A DNA stretch of 43,027 nt from Emiliania huxleyi CCMP1516 (Eukaryota): NCBI RefSeq assembly GCF_000372725.1, contig NW_005201851.1, positions 249,834 through 292,860 of the forward strand, written 5' to 3'. The notes beneath the pieces are model-generated. The model saw only the letters and a program-made list of their open reading frames with translations, did not search any database and had not been told where the DNA came from. The position numbers were made by a program, and so were the translations under genes. This document shows, in pieces, positions 29,227 to 41,302 of the stretch (within the stretch, counting starts at the first letter, position 1; every line of letters starts with the position of its first letter).

Positions 29227-29698
29227 CTTGCCTCGCTTCGCCTCCCGCGCCTTGTCGGTGAGTGCCCGCGCCCGCTTGCCTGTGACGGCGGTGCTGCAAG
29301 GCCCCTCGTGCCAGAGGCGGAGGCTGCAGCCGAGCGTCTTGCAGCTCGGAGCGCGGAGGGGCGTCGAGGCGGCCTCCTCCTCCTCGTTGTCGTCGCTGCT
29401 GCTCTCGGCGGCTGCAGCCTCGCCGCCAGCGCCGCCTGGCTCGCCCTCGTCCGAATCGGACGCCTCGCCCGCCGCCGCTGCCGACGGCCCTGCCTCTCCT
29501 GCCGCCGCCGCCTGCCCGACCGCCCGCGCATACGCCGCCGCCGCCTCCACCGCCGTGTCGAAGCAGCCGAGATGTACCTGCCTTCCGTTCACGTAGTGCA
29601 GCGCCTTGAAGCGGCCAGAGGCGTGCCGCCACACTCCTTTGTAGCCGGGGGAGGGATTTTAAGGAGAGGGGTGTGATGCGCTAGACGTCGCCCACCAT
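28515..29698 (-). CDS. AP2 DNA-binding domain, small CxxxxC..H..C motif, acidic region and RIN13-like Cys-rich domain; 5' end appears disrupted (possible pseudogene)
   Basis: GYKGVWRHASGRFKA..LGCFDTAVEAAAAYARA; CKTLGCSLRLWHEGPC; LPHQRALCPLHPF..CPNCYCFACDAPVSACRHW..HCNA; an in-frame stop lies just upstream of the AP2 domain. Confidence 0.65.
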
Positions 29699-29733
29699 TG
29701 AGCGCTATTTTTTTCTTTTTCTCTTTTGCACGA

Positions 29734-30332
29734 ATGGCCGCTTCAGCCCACCACTCGACCGCTCGCTGTGTAGATCGCGACGCTGCCTGGCGCCTGCGGC
29801 CGCCGTGCCGTCCGTGCGCTAGCTCCAACGTCTCGTCCGCCTCGGACAGTAGCTCCAGCACCTGCGCTAGCTCCGACTTTGCGTCGCTCGCAGCGGCCGC
29901 AAAGGCTCGCGTCTTGGCAGGCCTCGCCGCCTCTCTCCGCTCGGCCGACGGCTGGGAGGCGCGCGCGTCAAGCGCAGAGGAGTTCGCTGCGGCGACAGGC
30001 CGCGCCGTCCTAGGCCTCGGTCCTGCGGAGCTTGCCGCCGTCCGCGAGAAGCTGCTGTCGGACGGAGTGCGGCGGCAGGAGGAGCTGGCGTCGGCCGAGC
30101 AGCTCGCGGCTGCCGTGTTTGAGCGAGCACTGTCTGGCAAGCTGATCGAAGAGGCGCAGCAGTCGGGAGACTACTGGGGCGGCGCGTCCGCGGTGCCGGC
30201 GGCGCAATGCCGGCGCGACTGCACTCTCCAAATGCTTTGCACACATCATCACTCGGCACCGCCACGTCCGCATAACCTGCAGCCACCGCCACCGCCACCG
30301 CCACCGCCACCGCCACCGCCACCGCCGCCGCC

Positions 30333-30419
<87 letters not shown>

Positions 30420-31690
30420 GCCACCGCCACCGCCACTCGACGCCAGGAGCTCCTCCGCCCCTTCCCGCCAGGTGGCGCCGCGCGTCTCAGCTCATCACCG
30501 ACGGAGTGAGGAGCGCACTGCGGCCGTCGCACGGAGATGGCATCGCCGTGGTGGGCGGGATACCTCACTCTGTCGGAGGTGTGAAGAGCGTCTGATCACA
30601 GCGGTCGCCGTGAACAGGTCGGCTACGCGCTGGCTCTGTCCGGGGGTGTGAAGAGCGCCTGATCACGCCGACGGCTGTGAGTAGGTCGACGGCGCGCTAT
30701 CTCCCTCCGAGGTGGCGGCGGCTCGCTCCGAGCTGCTGGCGATGGACGGCTCGGCGAGGCTGTGCACGAGATCACACGAGATTGCACGAGATTGCACGAG
30801 ATTGCAGAGCATGGACGGATCGGCGAGGCTGTGCGAGGAGTAGCGTCGCGAGGCGGCGCAATGCTGTTGACTGCTCGTCGCTGATGGTAGGCGAGGTTGT
30901 CCGAGGTGCGGCACCAGGCGGCGCAAGGCGTGCGCAACGACCGGATCGGCTGGCTGAGTGCAGACCAGCTCGAGGCGAGACCTCGCCGAGATGATCCGAG
31001 ATTGCCCACGATCGACGGATCTGTGTGAGTAGGGACCGGCCCACGTGGCGACTGTCCCCCCCCCCCCCCCCCTCCAACTCTCCTCCACAGGCGAGCGGCA
31101 GCCGCGCCCTCTCTCTCGCTGTCCGCCTGCTGCGCGCCTTGCCCGCGGAGGTGCAGGAGGCGGGAGGCTGGCCGCTGGCGGTGCCTCTCCCAGTGCAGGC
31201 TCGAGGTTGCACGAGATTGCACGAGATTGCACGAGATCGCCTCTCCCGCTGCAGGCCACCGCTTGCGAGCGTAGTCCTCAGCAGTCTCCTCCATGCACTG
31301 ACTCCTGTGTGGGCTCTCCTACTGCAGCTGCCTGCGAGGTCTTGCAAGAGGACTATGCGCCGCTTTGGACGGACGAGCCAGTAGACTGCCCCCGTGCCGC
31401 AGGCCGCGGTCTACGACGGCTCGCGGGCGCGCGCGGCCTTCTACAAGCCTCACTTGGACTGCAAGGAGCCCGCCTCGAACCCGCGCCGCCTGACCGCCAT
31501 CCTCTACTTGCAGCCGCCCGGCTGGGACGGCGGCGGCGAGCTGCGCGCGTGGCGGCGCGACGGCGAGGCGGTGGAGATCGCGCCGCTCGGGGGGCGACTC
31601 GTGCTCTTCCGCGCGTGCGACGTGCTCCACGAGGTCAGACCCGCCTTCGCGACCCGGTGCGCGCTGACACTTTGGGCCGTGACGGCTTGA
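29734..31690 (+). CDS. Multi-exon EGLN/PHD-like 2OG-Fe(II) dioxygenase (prolyl hydroxylase-like)
   Basis: VRNDRIGWL, FYKPHLD (HxD), RRLTAILYL, GGELR, VLHEVRP, RCALTLW. Confidence 0.8.
30283..30435. repeat. (CCG/CCA)n tract, probably intronic
   Basis: Direct reading. Confidence 0.85.
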
Positions 31691-32325
31691 CGTTCTGGAG
31701 CCGGGCTCGCCTCTTGAGCCTTTCAACAGCCGCAAGAGCTCGGTCCGTGATTGCGTCGCCGTGTGTCCGGTTTGGGGGGGGGGGGGGGGCGTCCCCGCAC
31801 GGCCCAGGCCCCGCCACAGCAGCCCATCGTTTCAAAAAGATATCCCACAAATGACAAAGGCTAGTGCCATTTCACTGTGGCACAGATCGCGTTACAAAAC
31901 CTTGATTTGACCATTTGCGCCATTTTGTCCCTCTCGGTGCCTTCCAGACATCCAGAGGCAGCTGCGCAGCAGGTGGCGCGGTGTGCGCCCGTCTACTCGG
32001 CTGGGTCGCAGCTGCCTCTGCGCGTCCTGGGGAGGGACAAAATTGTCGCCGCCGGAGACGACTCGGGACGCCACTGAGATCGGAGATCAAGCTCTGACAG
32101 GTCGCACGTCGCTCCTTTGATGCCGACGTGACTCACCCGTGCAGATCACGTCAGGACACGGTCTCGACGCGCTCGGTACGACGCCTGCGACCCGTCTCGG
32201 GTCAGGTGGCACGACGCTCATCGCGCCTACACCAGCGCTGCCGTGCAGGTTGCCACGACGAGGTCGGGCACGCTTCTATACGCTCTCCCAGCCTTCCTTT
32301 CCATCCCATTAGGCAGCCTGGGAAC

Positions 32326-32520
32326 GGTAAGGTAAGGTAAGGTAAATTTCTCCACACACACAAAGTGGTGGGGCAAGGGGGGGCGACCCTCGCATCTCCA
32401 CACCCGGACACGGGCAGGAGCCCCACGGCATTCAAAGTGCAAGCACTGGCCCGGTGCACGTGGGTGAGCAGCCTGCCCACTCCCTCCCGACAAAGCACAA
32501 ACCAACTCCCGCACACACAC
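32326..32520 (-). mobile_element. Second copy of the (TTACC)n-tailed SINE-like element
   Basis: Near-identical to 22361-22550. Confidence 0.75.
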
Positions 32521-33725
32521 AATCGCACTCTGGCCATCGAATGACTCCGAATGACTCACTGTGTGTGCTAAGACAGAATCTCCGCAGACATCCAAACGCA
32601 CAGTGTTGTGCTAGAAATGCGACGAACTTCCGGGGAAAGGGGGGGGGGGGGGGGAGTGTGCCGGCGAATGTCGCTAGGCGGGCACCTGGAGACCAGACGC
32701 TGAGAGAGAGAGTCGTCGCGTCTCCCGAGCGGCTCGAGCCTGGGGCTGGGCCGACGCACGTGTCGTATAACTTAATATCGTTCTTTTTTAGATCGACGGA
32801 ACCCGAACGAACACCTCCATGCGAATCTAGCGCTGCACCCTCGAGCGGGAACACAGGATCATCTCCTGCTTAAGGCTGGCCACCAAATCGAGCAGCTGGC
32901 CGCGCGGAGGGAGGGGGTGGTCCGTGTCATGGGAAGCGACATTCCCCACGAGGCGGAGCTGGTGGCACCATGTTCAAACTCCGCACTTTAATTCGAACTT
33001 TCTCGCCTCGGCTCGTGGGGCTCGGGAGTAGTCAAGCAGGTGTGCGGGGTGGGCGGGAGGGGGCCTGGGAGCATTTTTTTGCATTTCCGAGGCGAGCGTG
33101 GGCCGTGGTGGGCCCCTCCGGGCCTCTCTCAGCAGCACGGAAAGTAGCGCGCGACAGAGCGCTGTTCTCGGCCCCCTGAGCGTATTGGGACGAGCCAGAC
33201 TAGCATGCACATCGCCTTGGCACGTAGGACGCACGACTTACCCACGCACACCCCGGTGACAATCTTGGAAATCTCCCGACAATCTCCCCAAATCTCCTCC
33301 CGCTCTCGCGAGTAGCGCGGCGCAGCGGGGCGCGTTGATGTCGATGAATGCAGTGTGGACTCCTTTTCGACACTCTCTAGCACCGGTGAACACACAGGCG
33401 TTGCTTCCGAGGTGGTAAAAATCTGTGAATGCCCGCCAAGTTGTCGCGGTTTTCCGACTTGTCTCGTGCTCGAGCCATGCCGAAAAGAGCGGGCGCAGGC
33501 CTGGGACAGCGTCGCAAAAGCGGCCAACCGTCCCGGCTCCAGGCCAGGACCAGATCGCCGCTCGGTACCGCCAGTTTGCGACTCTGTGCCTGCGCAGTCG
33601 TCGCTATCTCACGCTTCCGATCTCGTCACAACAGGCGCCCTCGCCGAGTGCAACGTCCTCGCGGCCGCAAAGCCGTGCTGGCTCGCGCAGAGTCGGCGTC
33701 GCAAAGAACCTGAGAGCACCGCGGC

Positions 33726-35831
33726 ATGCTACGGTTGGCGACGTCCTCGGCGAGGCCATGGAGCTGCATAGCACGAGCGACGAGGGCCGCCGCGACGGGA
33801 TCTACAACCAGAGAGAGCACGGACGCCGAGGATCGCTCTCCCGTGCAGCGCCGCAGCGGCTCGTCGGCGGCTCGTCGGCTGCGGCCTCGAACGGAGATCG
33901 CATGGAGGTTGACGAGGAACCTCCCTCTCAGCAGTGCTCCAGCGGAGCCTGCGCAGCAGCAGCAGCAGCAGCAAGCAAGCGTGCTCACGCTGGTGGCAGA
34001 CATCGGACGCCTCGAGCTGGAGGAGGTTGGCCACCGTGCCGCCGCTCGCGAAGCGATTACAGCGACAACCGGGACGCAAACATCAGGCGTGCCGACGCCT
34101 CGCGAGCTGCGTGCCCAAGCCCGGCTCGACTTGCAAGTCGTAGGGCTGCGCGAGGTAGCTGCCAGGCGGGCAGAGCGCGCGAGCGGCGCGGCGCAGCTGC
34201 CGATGACTGGCGAAATGGACGTAGACGGCAGTGATGACGACGACGACGTCGACTCAGAGGCGGAAGGGGAGGCGGCGGAGGAGGCGGAGGCGGCGGCGGC
34301 GGACGCTGCCACGGCCGCGCAGCAGCACGACGGAGGCGCGACCGAGTCGCCGGTGTCATCGATCGCCGAGACGCGGTCCCGGCTCCTGAAGGACCGCGTC
34401 GCGGAGATCACCTACCGCGACGAGCCCGGCGTCTACCTCGCTCTGGTTACGGAGACTCCAGCCGCCAGGGCAAACAAGGTCAGCCACCTTTGGCTACACG
34501 AGGTGCTGGATGGGTCGGACCTCTACATCATGGATCCGTGGAACCGCGGCGAGTCAAAGACTCCGATCCGCAAGGTGGCCGAGCCGCTGTCGAGCGTGGA
34601 AGAGCTGCTGCCCGCCGAGGCCGGGCAAGCTTTGGCGGGCGAGGCGCTACGTCTTGCTCTGGACGCGATCCGGAGCGACCCCGGCGCGCGGCTCCAGCCC
34701 GGCACCCTCCGCGTGTGGCGTCGGGCACGCGCAGACCCTCCCTCCTCCGCCACCGCTACTGGCACCTCCGCCTCCGCCGCCACTCTCAACCGCGCGGCCG
34801 CCACCAGCTCTGCCAGCTCCGCCGCCGCCACTTCCTCCGCCGCGGCCTCTAGCTCCACCACGGATGCGGCCTCTAGCGGTGCTGCTGGCTCCGCCCAGGC
34901 CGGTTCGTCTACCGTCTCCTCAGAAGCTGGGCTCGGCATCTCGTGGACAGAGCTAGAGCCGACGCTCTACGGCCGGGCGACCCAGCGTCGCTCGAGCTGC
35001 CCCGTGCCGACGGACAGGTACGACGAGCACTTGAACGACATCATTGTGCATAACATGCAGGACCTCTCACCGTGGGCCGACAGCCAGGACGTGCAGGCGA
35101 GGGCGCCGATCTCGGGGATGACGATTCGCGCCGGATCGCTCTTCAACCGCTTCAAATCGGGAGCCCCCACCGGGTGGGTGGCGAAGCTGTTCGCGGGCGA
35201 GGCACCGACGGAGCGCAAGCTGGTCATGCAGCGCTTTACCGACGGCAGCGAGTTTGGCGGGCACTGGCACCAGCTCCTCTTCTTCGTCGACCAGAGACGG
35301 GTGCTCTACCACGAGCCCTATGGCGGCGCAATCGACTCGGGCATCGCGTCTTGCTTCCACCGGAGCCCCGGGCCTGCCGCCGGCTGGGCGCTGGAGGTGG
35401 TGGATGTGCAGCTGCAGTCTTGCACTCACGAGTGCGCGCTCTGGGTGGACTTTGTCGCGGAGGTGGCTGTCGACTACGTGAGGAGCGACCTGACTCGCTC
35501 CTTCAGCGAGTACCTTCGCGGGTGCGCTCTCCCTGTGTGTGTGTGTGCATGCCTGCGATAAGGCTGACCGGTGTCGCGCCGCCCCCGCAGGCGTGAGGAG
35601 ATCACCCCGCTCAACGGCATGCGGCGGACTTGCACGGCGATGAAGACGGCGAAGGCAAAAAACAACGCCTTCGTCGCACAGCGCCGAAACGACGTGCGCA
35701 CGCTGTTACGTCTAGCCTATGTCCAGCGCCAACTGCCGCACACAGGCTCCGCAACGCTGACCGCCTTTGGCGCAGCGGCGGAGCAGGAGCCTGCCGAGGA
35801 CACAGACTCGGACTTTGAGATGTTGACCTAG
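33726..35831 (+). CDS. Protein with C-terminal Ulp1/peptidase C48-like cysteine protease domain; start uncertain; possibly transposon-associated
   Basis: GGHWHQLLFFVD..VLYHEPYG..QLQSCTHECALWV matches the HW..D/E..Q..C order; one GT-AG intron ~35522-35590 joins to REEITP..QRRNDVRTLL. Confidence 0.65.
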
Positions 35832-36599
35832 ACCGACGTGTGATTCAGATAGTTGTCTTCAGATGTGTGTGTGATTCAGATGTGTGTGCGTGTGATTTTC
35901 GGCACGGGTATAGATTAGAAGCGTATCGTCACACACACCCTCTTTGAGAGAGGGACACAGCGTGGTGCACAGTAGCGGGCTAGCTTCTACAGAGGCAACC
36001 GGTCCGAGGGCGAGCGTTTCGCTCGCCCTGATGCGCATGAGCGACGTGGAAGCTTCCGACCGGCGCAGATGCCACGGGCGACACCAATCCCAGCCTCAAA
36101 AGGCGAGGAGGGCTGGTGGAGTGTCCAGACGGCAGTGGCTTCCGAAGAACTTTTTGCGGGTGACGCAAAGGATCCGAGGAGAGAGCACCTCGGCTGCCGG
36201 CGAGGCATCCGCCCCGCGCCCATACATCTGATGGAAAGTGCGAAGAAGCGGTGGCGGCAGGCTAGCCACCGGTGGGGCACACGGAGCGATATGGCGTTCG
36301 GCTGCGATTTGAGTGCAACCGGGTGACGCATCTCCTCCACAGAGACGCGGGGACGGCGTGCCTGCGAGGCGCCCGATATGCGCCAACGGACCCAATGGAA
36401 AGTGCGAAGCGAGCACTCGACGGCTCGCAGCCTGTGGACGGAGCACGAGAGCTCGAACCTCGCACTCTCGTGCAAAATCGGCACCTCGGAGCGCCTTTTT
36501 CACACCGCATTCGAGCCCATGAAAACAACAATGTACCCCAAGCAGCACGATCACGCCTCGCACCGGTGCGGTGGTGCCGGGCGGCTCTAGGGGGTCAGG

Positions 36600-38919
36600 C
36601 TGGCTGCATGGCACCACCCGTAGCCCGTTTTGCTGCCTTGGCATCACCCGGAGGGGGGATTGAACATGGTATAAAAGGTGCGCAACGCTGAACAGAGAAT
36701 CGGGGATGTTGCGACTTGCGCGGAGCGAGCCTAGCTTGTCGTGCAGCGCCATCTTGCGAAAGCCAGTGGGGACGGCGCGCCCTCCGTCGAAGGTCCTGTT
36801 TAGTGCTCGCTCCAGCAGCAGCCGCACTTTTCGCATGAGCTCCTGTGGGTAGCGCCAGGCCAGTGCGCGGTGGGAGGGTGGGTGGGTGGGTGTGCCCGGG
36901 GGGCAGAATGCGCGGTGTGTGAGGCACACGAGGCCCGCTGCGAGCGGGGAGGGCGTTCATGTGTGCGCGCGCACGCGGCGCGGAGGGGACTTGAGCTGGG
37001 GGCAGGTGTCACCTGGTCGCGTTGGCGCAGCTCGTCGCCGGGCTCCTCGACAACCGACCACAGATCGTCCACCTGCTGCGTCAGCTCGCCCGGTCCGCAG
37101 TCCGCCTGCTGCCCCATGCCTTCGCGCATCGTCGCTGCGTCGCGCGAGAGGTTCTCCCACTCCTCTACCTCCTGCTGCAGCTCCACGGCCCTCTCCTCGG
37201 CCTCTTTGCGGGCCGCTGCTTCGGCGTCTCGCTCCGCTGCCAGCTCGCTCATTGCGCGGCTCTTGGCGGCGAGCTGCCGCTCCATCTCGGCCAGTGCCCC
37301 ACCGCCGCCGACTAGCTCGCACGCCAGCTCGCTGCCGACAACAGCCGTGGTGATCACGCTTGCGCCGCCCGGCAGTTGCATGCACCCGCACCGCGACGAC
37401 GACGAGCGCACAAATTGAGCCACGGCTCGAAAGCGGCGCGGAGGGGACTTGAGCTGGGGGCAGGTGTCACCTGGTCGCGTTGGCGCAGCTCGTCGCCGGG
37501 CTCCTCGACAACCGACCACAGATCGTCCACCTGCTGCGTCAGCTCGCCCGGTCCGCAGTCCGCCTGCTGCCCCATGCCTTCGCGCATCGTCGCTGCGTCG
37601 CGCGAGAGGTTCTCCCACTCCTCTACCTCCTGCTGCAGCTCCACGGCCCTCTCCTCGGCCTCTTTGCGGGCCGCTGCTTCGGCGTCTCGCTCCGCTGCCA
37701 GCTCGCTCATTGCGCGGCTCTTGGCGGCGAGCTGCCGCTCCATCTCGGCCAGTGCCCCACCGCCGCCGACTAGCTCGCACGCCAGCTCGCTGCCGACAAC
37801 AGCCGTGGTGATCACGCTTGCGCCGCCCGGCAGTTGCATGCACCCGCACCGCGACGACGACGAGCGCACAAACTTGAGCCACGGCTCGAACTCGCCCGCT
37901 AGGTCGGTCAGACGGAACGCCACGCGCTGCAGCGACGGCGTGATCGACTCCCGCTTGACCACCGCGAATTGGAGCACTGGCGGCAGCACCGAAGACCAGC
38001 CGGCCTGCTCGGGCCCGCGCGCACTGAAACGCACCTTGAAGCCGCGCTCGACGCCTCGGGCCGAACTAGAAAGCGTCGCCACCTGAAATTCACGCCCCGC
38101 TGAGCCTGCCACAGAGGCTTGGCCTGCCGATGCCGACTCTGTGCTGGCCGGCTCGCCACCCGCGACCGCGCCACCCGCGACCGCGCAACCCGCTGCCGCA
38201 CCCAGCATGACATCCGACGCCGGTGCGGCTCGCTTTCCCAGGAGCGAGGCTGCTGGCGCGCTCGGTGCCTCTGAAGACGTGGCAGCGCTGGGCGCAGCGA
38301 TCGCCGCTTCGGTGGCGACGGCCGGGAGGAGGAGGCTAGCCTTCGCCCACTCGCCATCTCCCTCGCCGCTGCCAATCTGCTCCGCCACGATCGGCATCTC
38401 GCCAGTGACGCCACCCTGCGCAGCTGCAGCGACGCCATTGTTGCCGGGGCGGGGGTGCTCGGGCGCGTGGACCCTAAACACAAACTTGTCGTAGCGTTGG
38501 GATGCCTTGATGCCGCCACCGAAGCGCAGCGTGTCTTCGTGGAAGAGCGAGACGGCGGGGGGCGACCCGCCCCCGGGCTTGATGTAGTGCTGCTCGTTGA
38601 CGAACGTGAATGTCGCACTGCTCAACACGTGCAGGGTGAAGGCGCCGTTGACCAGGCGCACCTCTGCCTGGCGAGCGGAGACCTTGGGCGGCTGTGGCTG
38701 CGATTCGTCGGTCAGGAGCAGAGCGGACGCTCCGTCGTCGCTCGCGGCGCGCCCGATAGATAGGACGCCGCCGTCGACAGACGGGAGCATGGTCACCCCA
38801 GCGTTACCACCGTCGAGGAGCCGGATCAACTGTGGTTTGTCCTCCTCGTCGCTCTCGTCGCCGTCGCAGAAGTTTTGGGTGGCGCCCTCGCAGAAGTTCT
38901 GGGTGGCGGCGAAGTCCAT
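36600..38919 (-). CDS. TQ repeats + FHA domain + coiled coil, probably spliced to a DUF4145/HEPN-like helical exon; 3' end unresolved
   Basis: ATQNFCEGATQNFC; LSIGR..VSARQA..TFVNE..LFHEDTLRFG; coiled coil LAEMERQL..LQQEVEE; exon ~36845-36660 ELMRKVRLLLERAL..LHDKLGSL..IPDSL..AHLL. Confidence 0.6.
36975..37890. repeat. 458-bp near-perfect tandem duplication inside the FHA gene
   Basis: 36975-37432 matches 37433-37890 apart from a 1-bp indel (caaattgagc vs caaacttgagc). Confidence 0.92.
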
Positions 38920-39288
38920 CGCGGCCCTCGCCGCCAAGGGGCGAAGCGATCGGCGCAGCGACAGCACGGTGAGCGATCGGCGCAGCGACAGTGGTGAGTG
39001 GCGCCGCTACAGACAGCTGAGGGACCCGAAAAAAAAACCCGACCCCAGCGTAGAGGGCCTCGCAGGGGACGCGGCTCTGAGCGCCCAGCGACGCGTGCCG
39101 GATGGAGTCCGGCCGCGGGTGACTAGGGAAGTTCGCTCAGGATGTGTGGCAGTCAGTTCGGCTGAGTGTCTTGTCTTGTGTTTCTGTGTGTCGCTCCTGT
39201 GTGACCGTCATCGCGCGTGAGTGAGTGCATAAAGATTTTCTTTCTGGAGGGCTCTTCCAGCTTCTGATGACTTCGAAGATCTCGAAGG

Positions 39289-41270
39289 ATGGCAGCAGTC
39301 CTCGTTTTCGTTGTTGACCCACCCTCGCTCGTCTTCCGGCCGGCGCTGGCGCACGCCCGGCCGCACTTCCAGGCGGCGCTCGCGGCGCGACCGGCGGCTG
39401 CCGGCGTCGAAGCCAGCTTTGGCTTCGGCGGCCGCTTTGGCTCTGCCGACGCGAGGCGCGAGGCCCGGCGCTCGGGCGTGTTTGGCCGCCGTCCGCCGGG
39501 GCCGGGTCCGATGCTCGACCCCGTGGCGGCGCGTGCGCAAGGCTACTCCGGCGCGGAGCTCAACCGGATGGACCCGCGCCGCGCAGCCGCCGTCGCCGCG
39601 CCGTTCCTCGCCCAGCAGCGGATGGCGCAGGCGCTGCAGCGGCCTCTCCAGCCGCCGCCGCCGCTGCGCCGCGGGCCCCCGCTGCGGCTGCACCGGGCGC
39701 TCCCGAGGCCGGGCGCGCCCCCCACCGCCAGCCTCCTCAAGAGCCCTCTCGCCGGCTCCGCTGAGGCACGGCAACAGGTGCTCCCGCTCCCTCCCTCCCT
39801 CCCTCCCTCCCTCCGTCCCTCCTTACCTCCCTTCCTCCCTCCCTCCCTACTTCCCTCCCCTCCCTCCCTCCGTCCGTCCCTCCCTTCCGGGTTTTTTTTC
39901 CCCTTTAATCCCCCAACCCCCCCCCCCCCCCCCCTTCTGGCACAGGCGCGCCTTCATCGGTGGGCCCCTCCCCAGCAGCAGCAGCAGCAGCAGCAGCCGC
40001 AGCCGCAGCCGCAGTGGGGCGCGCTCCTCCCGCCATCTCGCCGCCACCGCCTCACCCAGTCCCTTTCCGGAACCGTCTCGGGCCCCTCCTCTTTAGGCGC
40101 CCCGCCGCCGGGCGGGGTGCAAGCGAGGCGGGGCGCGGCGCCGCGGGCTGCCGGCGCCGTGCCGCTCCGGCGGCGGCGCGGCGGGCGGCGGAGGCAAACA
40201 CACACGCGCACGCACGCGCACATGCACACCGTGCCTTGCACTTTGAATGCGGCGCGACTCCTGTCTGTGGAGTTGGGTATGCGAGGGTTGCCCAGCTCTC
40301 GCCCCACCACCCTGCGAGCGTGTTGACTCGCCTAACTCGCCCTCTGCCGCAGGCTCGGAGAGCCCGGCCCACGGCCGCTGTCTGCAACCACTCCAGCCGC
40401 GAAGCCAGTCACCCCCACCCCTCCGCACCGCACCCCCTCGGTCGCGGGGAGCGTGGCGCCGGCGGCGGCGGCGGCGGCGCAGGCACAGGCAGCGCCCGCG
40501 CAGGCGGCGGGAGGAGGCGGCGGCGTTCCGCAGCGCGCACCGCCTCGGCCGCAGCATTACCGCCGCGCAGCCTCGGCGCCCGCGCAGGCGGCGGCGCAGG
40601 CGGCGGCGGCGGAGGCGGCGGGGCATGCGGCGGCGGGGGCGCGAGGGCAAGGCGCGTTTTCTCCGCTTGCCGCAGAGATGGACTCGAACCGCCCCGCTGC
40701 GCGCGCGGCGGCGGCGCGAGCCCGGACGGCAGCGGCGGCGGGCGCGGCGACGGCGGAGCGATTCTCGTCCCGAGGTGCGGCGGTGGGGGGGTGGGGGGGT
40801 GGTGGGGGGTGGGGGGTGGGGGGGGGGGGTTGGTTGGGGGGGTTGGGGGGGGGTTCGTCCCTGCCCCCCCCCTGNNNNNNNNNNNNNNNNNNNNNNNNNN
40901 NNNNNNNNNNNNNNNNNNNNNNNNNNNNNNNNNNNNNNNNNNNNNNNNNNNNNNNNNNNNNNNNNNNNNNNNNNGGGAGCCCCTGGGAGGCATCGCATCG
41001 GTCAGGCGGGGGCCGGTTTCCCGTTCAGGTCCCCCGGGGGGCGCCACCCAGAGAAACGGGGCGTGGCCTTACTCATCAGAGGAGAGTACCTGCGAGCAAA
41101 ACGCGCGAGGTGTGATGGGAGGGGGGGGGGTTCGTCCCTGCGCCCACGCTGGATCACGCGGGAGGTCTCACCGAGGTTGTCTCACCGAGGTTGGCGCGAG
41201 CTCAGGCGAGCGGATGGACCCGATGCGCCGAGCGACGGAGCAGCGGCAGCAGCAGCAACAGCAGCAGCAA

Positions 41271-41302
<32 letters not shown>

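Noticed and set aside
29698..30651. Formin-like polyproline protein
   Set aside because: The (CCG)n tract most likely lies in an intron of the dioxygenase, and no FH2 domain is present.
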